Assembly (NCBI GenBank): GCA_023213395.1
Contig: CM041465.1
Coordinates: forward strand, 119,233,741 to 119,297,740
Direction: 5' to 3'
Origin: Cycas panzhihuaensis
Taxonomy: Eukaryota > Plantae > Cycadophyta
DNA: 64,000 nucleotides
Shown piece by piece: positions 29,689 through 40,800 of this stretch. The stretch's first letter is position 1, and every line of letters starts with the position of its first letter. A model generated the notes under the pieces. The model made no database searches. It was given only the letters and a program-made list of their open reading frames with translations, and was not told where the DNA came from. Both the position numbers and the translations under genes were made by a program.

Positions 29689-32600
29689 TGTTCATATAAT
29701 TATATAGTTAGTTTGTGTCATGATATATTTTACAGTGCCAGACTTCTCTTCTAAATACCATGAATAATGTATCTTATTTTGTTGTGGCATACATAATACC
29801 AAAGCCAATCGAATTACCTTGAATGAGCAACATAGTCAAGGGAGCATATGATATGAACAATGGGAGAATAGAGGGGTACAATAAGTATAAGGATAACAAA
29901 TATATATTATGTTCTATAAATGCCTTTAAGATATGATAATTCAATTGATGGATATAGTTTATAAGAGGAAACTTCACCAAATAAAAGAATAAGTCTCTAG
30001 CTATCCAATAATTACAAGAACACTAAAAATAAATTCCTGAGTGAAAATTTACGATGTTATGAAGTGCGTCTCCAAGATTAAAAAATTTTAAAGTGTAACT
30101 CTCCTCACAAATCCATGAATGAAGTGTGAATGAGGACCTTCATGCACTAAATCTTAAAGTCATGGAATGTAGGAAGATATAACAAGGAAGAACCCATAAT
30201 CTCACAAGTAAACAAGTGGGTGAGACTATTCATTCATTTGAGTCTAAAAATACAAGAATAAAGGGATAACCCCCATAAACCCATAAAAGAATAAATGAGA
30301 GGTGTCCAAATATGCAACTATAAAACATGTAAGGTAATACAAAGAAGTATAGTTCATAGTCCCACAAGTGACCATTTTTCATAAAAATGACCATAAGACA
30401 AGTGGTAAAACCTCATATTTTTTCCCATATTTACCTTATTTAATGTTAAAATCATGTCAAACCACCTTAATATGGTTATACTAATAATAGAAAATATAAG
30501 CATTTTTAAGATTTACTATATGTACTAATTCAAGCACTAAGCTTAGATTCCCCACTCAACATTAATGAGAATTAGGACAAAGAACTAAAGGAGGCCTATA
30601 GAAGGTATAAATTGGAAAAAGTGAGAGAGAATAATACTTTTTGGTTACTTTACTTTACTTTTTACTTGAGAAGGTCTTTGGTATTTAGGGAGAGCTTTGT
30701 GATGGAAGAGGAGTTATAATGAAAGAGCAGAATAAAGAGCAACTAGTCAAATTTAAGAAGCTTATGTTGGGATTCTAATATTGATTCTTGATCATATTGA
30801 AAAGGTGTTGCTTTAGACCCAATTGGCAACAATTTTATGAATTATCCATAGTGGTGTTATGTGTCATACTAGATAAGAGCATAAGAGTATAATTTCTATT
30901 ATGGAAGATCATAGTGGACAAAATTCCTCTCTTGTGATATATTATAATAGAATTAAGGTAAGGGGCTAAGGATTGACCTATTATATTTTAGACTTTGGAT
31001 AACGTAAGGACTTCCTTATTATGTTTTAGCCTTTGGACAACTTATTCTTAGTCTTCTTTTATGTATTTCTTGAGATTAGAAGTGTATTTCCTCAGGAGTT
31101 CATCTTGAGAATACTAGGAGAGGATTGAGGAGTCCCCTTTAGTTATTTGAGATAGGGTTGAGGAGTTCCCTATACTCTAGTTATTTTTATATTTACTAAT
31201 ATAGAGAGGGCTTAAGTAAGTGATTCATCATCTCCCTATAAGGGTTAAGAGAATCCCCTCTATACTACATGGTAAACTTTACCATCTCATGTAATGGCTT
31301 GATTGACTATTGATATATGTATGTATATGACCTATTATTTCAATCTTATTATACTACTTTATAGGTGTTGAGGTTTTCTAATTGAGATAGGGTAGTGATG
31401 AAAGAGGTTAATGTATCAAGGTCATTTGTGTAGATTAATTATGTAACCTTAGGATATATTATTAGCATTAGTCTCTTAATGAAATGCACTTTATGTGCAT
31501 TTAGATGTAATTTTGGGTTCATGTCATTAGGTAGAAAAATTCTAACCCTAATTCTCACCCTCAATAATAAAAGGTGAAAACTCAAGGAGGGAGTCATTAT
31601 TCATTCTCACCTCCAAGCTTGCTCTCATATCTTGTTTCATCTTTTTTTTCATTCTCCATTGCCATTGTGTGCATGTGAGTGATTTATCTCCTAGATCCAT
31701 CCTTCCTTCATGTGGTATCAAAGCGACCAGGGTTCAAAACTGGTCCTGTGGACCATAGTAGCACACCTGAAGATACGTGAAGGTGTTTGCTAAGTGACAT
31801 CGAGGAACATTGTGGTGGACATGTAATGCCGTGTAGGTACAGTCGACTCCTTGTGACGGGGGAGTGTTGAAGTGCGTGAGGCTAACTATCACAAGGAAGT
31901 CCTCTTCCCAAATCACCCTGGGGCTTTTGGTGTAATAGCAACCTGTGACAAGTGGTATAATAGCTAGAAGGGGATCTATTCACTCCATTCCACTTGCATG
32001 GAGTCATTTTGCCTCTCCTTCACCTTCAATGTGAAGTATTAAGAGTGCATTCTTATTTTTTAACATTTTGAGAGCTTAAAATTATAGTATTTTATATGTT
32101 GCTACTTTGTCCATGTGTGTAGAAATTTAGAGGTGAATAATATTGGTTTTTGAAGCCATTCAGCTGCTAGAACAGTCCCAGAAGTATTAAAGGCCTAAAA
32201 TTTCATAAAAATCTTACCATCTTATAATTTGATGAAATTTGGCATGAAAGGTTGCTTTGACTAGAGTATCGTTTTTGTCTTATGGAGAAACTTTGGATTC
32301 AACCTATAACAGTGAGGTTTGGCTGTGGCAAAAGGGTAAATTTTGTGGATAAGTAATTTAAAGCACTTTTCCTAATGAAATCCTTTAATTCTAAGATGAA
32401 GATCTAAAATTTTTATTAAGTGATCTGGTAGATTTATGTCTTAAGATTAGTTTAAGATAAATCTCATCAAATTTCATTCACTGGTTAGTGAGATCTATGC
32501 AGTTTTCTAACGGTTACTGATTTTGCCTACTCAACCCCACAAAGGACCTTGCAAGGGCATTTCAGGTAATTTTTTGGTAGATTTTGTAGATGGTGAAGAA

Positions 32601-33088
32601 GGGAAAGTTAATATAGATGTCAAAATGTAACTGTTGACATATTGAAATCTAGATTCTGAGATAGTTGATCTGACATGATTTTACTTTGGTGCTTTTTCAG
32701 GCAAAACATTTTTTTGTCTTTTCTAAAATCTGACTTCACAATTCTATCAGAAACGACATTATGAACACTTTTTCCTTCTGTCATAAATTTAGATTTCATC
32801 ATTTAGGCCTTCATATTTGTAATTTTTAAAAATTTGCCCATTTATCATTACTTATAAATTTTGTGAAAAAATCACAAAATAGGGCAAAATAACATACATA
32901 TAGATTTAGAAAAATCATTATTGAGCAGTAAGTTGATCCACTTTTTTAGCCCATTGTGGCTTTTGTATCAAAATTTCTAAAATCATATTTGGAAACATTG
33001 TACTAAAGCAAGGGAAACCTTGGATCGGAAGCAACATCTGGTTCCCCTGCTAAATCTCGCATGTTTTTTCTATTTGCACACATAGCAT

Positions 33089-33205
33089 AAAGCATCACAA
33101 AAGTAGTAACAACAATAAAGCATCATAAACGTAGCAATAATAATAAAGCATCACAAAAGTAGTAACAATAACAAAGCATCACAAAAGTAGCAATAACAAC
33201 AAAGC
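33089..33205. repeat. 28-bp tandem repeat x4 in the Copia leader
   Basis: aaagcatcacaaaagtagtaacaacaat unit; single copy in the paralogue at ~9150-9180. Confidence 0.85.
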
Positions 33206-33417
33206 AAGCATGAAAAATAAGCAAGTACATTTGGCAAGTTTCTATTTCAGTTTTTAGTTATACAGAAACATCTTATATTATTCTTAAAAAGAATCTCATC
33301 TGTATGATCTATACCGCCATTTCTTGACTTGTGCGCACACCCGCTTTGGTTGAAATAGACCAAGGTTGGCCGAAGTCCAGGACCTAAGGGAGGTGTAAGT
33401 TTTATATTGGGTCTGGT

Positions 33418-33513
33418 AATGACATCTCTAGTAATGATGATTTTTCGTTGTGAAGGTATGAAGACCTTATACCCTTTCTTATCTATAGGGTATTCAACAA
33501 AGATGCCTTTAAG
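33418..33513 (-). pseudogene. Inverted Copia integrase C-terminal (SH3-like) fragment
   Basis: Reverse strand reads LKGIFVEYPIDKKGYKVFIPSQRKIIITRDVI, matching Copia KCIFVGY...KGYR...KIIISRDV. Confidence 0.85.
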
Positions 33514-34471
33514 TGCCCTTTGTGGATGACATGCTAGTAACGGGTAATAGTGAACAGGTAATAAGGCAACTGAAAAAGGACCTTAGTAAAATATTTGAAT
33601 TTTCTAACGTCAGTTTGATGAAATATTACTTGGGAATTGAAGTAACACAAAAGAATGAAAAAATTTTCCTCTCCCAAGAAAAATACATCAACGATCTTCT
33701 AACTAAGTTTTAGTTAGAAGATGCTTAACCAGTGATGTTACCTATGGACCCTAATACTAAACTCTCAGCTGAAGATGACACTAGGGAGGCAGATGCAATA
33801 CTCTACAGGAAACTTATAGGTAGTCTCATCTACACTACCAATACAAGGCCAGATATTATACACTTTGTCAACATTCTTGCTCATTACATGATAAATCCTA
33901 AGCAGAATCATTGGCAAGCAGCAGTACGAGTGTTAAGATACCTTAAGAAAACCAGCAAATATGGTCTATTGTATGAACCTAATTCAGACTTCAAGCTTTC
34001 TGCATACATAGACTCAGACTTTGCAGGAGATAAAGATACAGGAAGATCTACATCTGGGTATGTAACATTTCTTGGAACAGTACCAATATCATAGAGATTT
34101 AGATAGAAAAAGATAGTTGCAGATTCAACTGTCGAAGTTAAATATATTACTGCTTCTGAGACTAGTAAAGAGGTGATGTGGCTGAGAAAAGTATTAGAAA
34201 CATTAAATATCACCCAAATAAATCCTACAAGTCTTTATGTGGATAATTAATTAGTAATCTACATGGCAAAAAATTCTATATTTCACGATCGTACTAAACA
34301 CATAAGTACAAAAGTCCATAGGATTAGGGAACTTGTTCATGACGGCACAATTCAATTAGATTACTGCCCCACAACAGATCAAGTGGCTGATATCTTCACC
34401 AAACCACTGCAAAGGGTGAAGTTTGAACAGTTCTGAAGGCAACTCAGACTTAGGGCCTCTATCTTTGATTG
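33514..34471 (+). pseudogene. Copia RT (from the YVDD motif) and RNase H
   Basis: FVDDML, YYLGIEV, YRKLIGSLIY...TRPDI, AYIDSDFAGDKDTGRSTSGY, RTKHI, DQVADIFTKPL. Confidence 0.95.
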
Positions 34472-35279
34472 ATCAAAGAAGATGGCAATAGGATCATCAT
34501 ACTCTATTCTCTTCATAAAAACTTCTTATCAGCACAGAAGAATAAGAGTAAGTCTCTGCTTTATCCTCTTTGTGAAAACTCCATGTGGGCACAAAAGGAT
34601 AAGGGTTGTACTTATTTTAGAAAATCAGAACATGTGAAAACCCAAAAGGGCATAAGAGATGACCAAATAGTATATGGACACTTAGTAGATTAAGTTATAC
34701 GTTTAAGCTGCTTGGCTATCAGGCTACATCAAAGAGCCACCTTAGCCATTTTGATTTATAAAAGGGGTTATGAGGGTTTTTCCACAAAAATATTATTTAG
34801 AATTTTAATGTAATAATGAGGCTCAAATGAAGACCTTATAGAATAGATTTTCTGAAAATGACCTTCCACCATTAAGGGGGGGATTGAAAGAGGTTAATGT
34901 ATCAAAGTCATTTGTATAAATTAATTATGTGACCTTAGGATATATTATTAGCATTAGTCTCTTAATGAAATGCACTTTATATGCATTTAGATATAATTTC
35001 GGGTTTATATCATTAGGGAGGAAAATCCTAACCCTAATGCTCACCCTCAATAACAAAAGGTGAAATCTCAAGGAGGGAGTCATTATTCATTCTCACCTCC
35101 AAACTTATTCTCATATCTTATTTTATCTTCTTTTTCATTCTCCATTGCTATTGTGTGCATGTGAGTGATTTATCTCCTAGATCCATCCTTCCTTCAAGTG
35201 AGTCACCTATTCTCTTATTATTCTATATACTTGAGGATGAGGAGTCCCTATAGTTATTCTTTGTGTATGAGGATGAGGA

Positions 35280-37706
35280 TATTACGTAATGTTACCCATG
35301 GGAATATTAAATTCATGTAATTATCCCTTTTATATGTGTTAGTTAATAATTATATTCATACATCTTCTTATTATAGGTTATTGGTTAACCAAGTGGCTCC
35401 CAAATTATGATTAGATAGCTAGATAGTGATATGTATTATAAATTTGTACTAGTTTAATATAATATAATTAGAATGAATCATTTCTTATAAATATATTATG
35501 TTGTGTGTTTATATATATTATTCTTGTATTTATTCACTTGCATGCCTTATATTTCATAGTCTTGTTTGGTATTACCTATTTTGGGCATATATGTCTAACA
35601 AGTGATATCAGAACTATGTTTGCTTGTATTCTATTTTTTTATACTTAGTATTAAAGCCCTGGTACAAGCTTATCTTGACCTTAATTAGGTTATAAGACTA
35701 TGAATATCTCCATCTATCAAGGATTTATTTTATACTTATTTTAGTACACTTATTTGTAATTAGTAAGGGGGGTAGTTTAGTTGTTTACCAGGTGATATTC
35801 TACTACAAATTATGGATGATTTTGAATTGTATTTTATAAAGCACTTGGAGCATGTTGATGTTATGAGCTTGAAGTAATTTTGGTATTAATGTATTGGGCA
35901 TGTTAGTGCCTATGTATAATAATCTAGTCAGAGTGTAGTTATTACATTTATCTTAAATCCTATAGAGTTTTGTCATATATTTGATTCATTATTAGACTAG
36001 TTATTTATATGTTTTGCTAGTATACATGTGGGCGATACATGTGAGTCTTAGAGTAGGGCTTCATATATAGGCTTGATCACCCTATGAAACCATTGATGTG
36101 GTAAGTATGTCACTATTTCCTCTATTATATAATGAATTAATCATGATTTATGAAAATTGATTTGTGGCATGAGTTGGTTTAGTAGATGGATTGGCCCATT
36201 TTGAGAATATTGATATGCTTAGGACTTTAACATAGAGCTTATTAATCATGTTAAGAACTTATACATGTGAGAAATTATTAGTTAATTATATGTATAACAA
36301 GGGTTTATAAGTTCATTGGGGTTTGTTGCTACATCACCCTATTAGTAAGTAAAAGGATGAATGATTACCATTTTGACGATGAAAGTGTTGCACAATGGTG
36401 AGAACCCCTTTACTTCTAAGCTACAATAATTTATAAAGAGGATTAGTGAGCAACTTGTATGATGTTTCTAAGCTATTGTAGTTTGTATCAAGGGTTTGTG
36501 TTGCCATAGTAAAAAATAAGACTTTTTATTTTGACTTATTATGAATTTTTCTAAGTATTCTTTACATTTATGAGGCTACGGCAACATGAGAAATGCAGTG
36601 CAAGTGACAAGTTTGGTAGAGAAATTAAGTGACAAATTAAAAATTAAATTTTATCATAAAATAAAGATTATTAACATTATAAAATAATATTAAGATATTT
36701 TTAATACATCTTGAAGTCTACTAAACACTTAAAGGAAATTGTATGAATAATTAGGAGCCAATTCAAAATGGGTTATCTGCCTATTTTTCATCTTTTTTCA
36801 TTTTTTAAGGATTTATGCTTAGTAAAATGGCTATATCTCCTTTATATGATATCGAAATTAAGTATCATCAGTTGTGTTGTGAAGCTAACTTATAAGGATT
36901 TTAAATAAGTGGTCGCACAATATGCTTTGAGGATTTTTTTTTAGGGCAGTTTTAATGGTGTGAAGTTTATACTTGAGTTTGATAGGGTGTTAAAATAGAG
37001 ACTATACTTTAGAAAAGAGGTGTTCTATCATATGTTTATACTTAGATAACCATTTTTATATGTTTATTCCATAGTATAGTAGATAAGATTGATAGTGTTT
37101 TGCTAAATTTTTCTCTTAGAGGTGTAAACTCAATTAAGAAAGAAAAACAAGAAAAATAGGAGTATGTGAAGGTTACTTAGTAAGCAAATATTGGTGGACC
37201 ATATGTAAATGTTATTCTAGAGGAATGGTGGGTATAGTGACTAGTTGCCCAGGTGTTTTAGTAGATGTTTGACTTCAATATAGACCCAACATCATATTTG
37301 AAGTAGTTCTATGACATGGATTAAATATTAAGGAGGGAATGTAGGGTAATATTAACCTATGAAAATATTAAATTCATGTAGTTACCCATTTGATGTGTAT
37401 TAAAGGGTCACGTTATACACACTTCTTCATGTTATAGGTCATTAGTTAACCAAGTGTCTTCTAAATTATGATTAGATAACTAATTGGTGATATGTATTAT
37501 AAATATATATTGATTTATTATAATATAATTGGTATTGATCATTTCTCATATGTATATTATGTTATATATTTGTACATATTATTATTTTATTTATTCACAT
37601 GCATATCTTATATCTCATAGTCTTACATGATTCTCGACTCATTTTAGACATTTATATCTAACAAGTGGTATTAGAGCTCTCTTTACTTGTACCCTAGTTT
37701 TTAATA
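35280..37706 (+). mobile_element. Complete non-autonomous LTR element (family X), ~2.4 kb, no recognisable ORF
   Basis: LTRs 35280-35643 and 37340-37706; TSD GAGGA (35275-79 / 37707-11); PBS-like tagtattaaagc 35646-57; PPT aaggagggaa before 37340. Confidence 0.8.
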
Positions 37707-37851
37707 GAGGAATCACCTATGTTATGGTTATTCATGCATGAGAGTAAAGAGTGCTCTCTTGTTTATAATTAGTAGCATGGTGTAAAACTATAAGTTGAAT
37801 AGTAAGATAGTCCATTTAGATTATCATAGTAGTCAACCATATGTGATATGG

Positions 37852-40800
37852 TGGGGTGTGTCTACCCTAACTTTCCTTTTATAAATAATACAATAGTAGA
37901 TTAAACAACACAAGGAAAGGATTTAGATCATCCAATTCAAGCTAAATTATAATAAATAAGTAAACCAAATACAAAAATAAGCACAAATATGAACACCAAA
38001 TAGACACCAAAACATATAATAGGACACTCTCTAGATAAGTTTTCAACATAATGAACCATATACATTTCTTAGGGCCTTAAGTAGGTAATGATGGTTGCTT
38101 TACATAGAATCTTATTAGTGAGAGATATGGCCTATAATCTTATTAGTAGGATTAAATGATCTACACATAAAATTTAATACCTAGCATTAATAATCTAGTT
38201 ACTTAGTCATATGTGTTGATGGTTAGTCTCCACAGTTAGAAAATAATTATGTAACAAGTCCCTTCCCGTAAGATATTGAGTCTACGAAGTGAAGGAGATA
38301 CATATATTAATTTATAAACTCTATTGATTTCTATGTTACCTCTTCTAGATCATAGCTAACCCACTATAGTAAATACTTAGAAATGGTCTAGTGGTACAAA
38401 CAACATTGCCTAATAGCCAAGATATGATCTGGAGGGATCATGGGGACTTATTCTTCATCAAAATAGGGAGGATAGTTTAGGGGATAGTAGCTTTGCAAAG
38501 ATAATTTTCCAAGTAGGAGACATGAAAAACATTATGGATTTTGGTGTCTGGTAGGAGGTCAAGGGCATAAGTGACTTGATCAATCCTCTGAAGGACTTTA
38601 TATGGGTTATAATAATGAGGGATAAGCTTTTGATTTTTATTCTTATAGAGGTACAATTGCTTGTATAGTTAAGTCAAAGGAAAACCTAATTAAATCATGA
38701 TTGGAACAATGGTTCTTGACTAGTCATTTCATGTAAATTTAGGTCAAATCTAGATTTTACTTGAGGGTATGTAAGATTTGATCCATATCTTCTACTTTTT
38801 ACTAAACAACTATTATTTGAATGTTGGTTATAAGGGTGTGGTGTAAAGGTGGTGGGTAACCATATAAATCCATAAAGAGGGATATGCTAATGATAGAGAA
38901 TGGGAGGAGTTATACCAATACTTGACAAGTATAAGCTAAGAGGACTATTTACTTTGGTGTTTTAATGCAAAGCATTATAAGTATGTTTCTAGAGTTTTGT
39001 TGAGAACTTCATATTTTCCATTAGTTTAAGGATGATATACTGAGCTTATCTTAAACAAGGTACCTGAAGTTTTAAAAAGATCTTTCTAAAATAAACTAGT
39101 AAATTTTAGGTCTTGATTATATACAATTATTGGGAGAAATCTATGGAGGTAGAAAATGGACCGAATGTATGCATTAGTAAAGTAGATGACCTTATAGGAT
39201 GTGTGTATAGGTAAAAAGTAAGCATACTTAGTTAGCCTATCTATGATGACCTAGATAGAGTCAAATCCAATAAACACTAAGAAGATTATGATAAAATCCA
39301 TTACAATGTCTTACCATTTGCCATGAAGAATATACAAGGCTTAATGCAAACTAGGTTGGTATTTTATATCAACTTTGTTCCACTAGCATATATCACATTA
39401 TATCATAAATATAAGAATTAACAACATCATACACTACCAATAAAACTTTAAATAGATACATTAGTAGGTTTTATCATAACTTAAATGGCCACTAAGAGGG
39501 GAGGAATGGTATTTATACAAGATTCAAGAAATAAAATGGGAAGCAAGATGAATAAAAATATAATTTTTATACAATAAGAGGTTATTATAAAAAGACCAAT
39601 CCTTTTATATGAGGGGTTTACATGACTATTATATAAAATCTAGTTGGGACTAATTGCTAGTTGTCAAGTCTATAAGCCATGTAGGTTTAGATTTATCAAT
39701 TATCTAAATCATAAGTTTAAAGGAAAGATGAGAGAGGGCATCATCAACAACATTTATCTTTCTCTTTTTTATACATTATAGTAAATCAAAAAGTTATAGG
39801 AAATCAAACCACTTGGCTTCTTTCTCTTATAGGATTGGTCCATCAATGAGGGCATGAAGGCTATGATGCTCTATAACAATGGCGAATGTTGAGGTAAGGA
39901 GATACTAGCACCACTTGTCAATTACATATAGGATTCCCTTTATCATCTTTTGGTAGGTGGACAACTAGCATTTATGGTCCTTAAGCTTATGAATTTTGAA
40001 TACAATCAAATACAGGTTTTGTATAAGGATAACACTTAATCTAAATCCTCTAATTCTTAAGACATCACATTCAAGCTAGAATAGTTGTGGAAATTCGAAG
40101 GTGGCAAGGACTAGGGTTGTGATCATGATGGCCTTGAGATGGTTGAATACTTCCTATGTTATCAAGGACCATTAAAATGTGTCCTTATAGAGAAAATTAG
40201 TTATTTGGGTAGCACTCGAGGCATAGTTGAAGATACTCTATTTATAGAATCCCATAAGCCCAAGAGAGGCATGAAGTTACATTAAGTTTTTTGGTGTTGG
40301 CTATAATACAATAATGGATATTTTATAAGGGTCAATTCAAACACACCCCTTGGAGATGTGCCCTAAGTATTACAACTTTGTCTTCCCAAATTTACACTTT
40401 GATAGTTTCACATAAAGTTTTTGTTATGTAAGAATTTAGAGGACTTTTTCCAAATGCTTTATGGACCATCCCAAACTTATAGATATGTATATCATTCAAA
40501 ATATAATGACAATTTTTCATAGGTATGGTAAAAATATCTTATTCATGAGGGCTTGAAGTGTGGACAAGACATTACAAAGACCAAAAGGCATGACTTAGAA
40601 TATAGTATAGCCATAATATGTATGAAATGTAATTTTGTGGTAATATTTTAGAGTAATGGAGATTTAATAACAACTAGATTAAAGATCAAGTTTAAAGAAT
40701 ATAGTTACACCATGGATCTCATCAAGCACATCATTAATTTTAGGTGTTAGGAACTTATTTTTAATTGTAATTTTGTTAAGTTCCCTATAGTCTACACATA

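Larger units (their letters stand above)
31399..35196 (+). mobile_element. Ty1/Copia internal-deletion derivative (LTR, leader, RT C-terminus, RNase H, LTR)
   Basis: 312-bp LTRs 31399-31710 and 34885-35196 (TG...CA); TSD AGTGA; PBS-Met tggtatcaaagc 31713-24; PPT aaggggggga 34874-83. Confidence 0.95.

Noticed and set aside
31890-31902. ggaagtcctc match to the 3' part of plant 5S rRNA (Cassandra TRIM idea)
   Set aside because: Only ~10 bp match, with no A-box or internal control region; not enough for a call.
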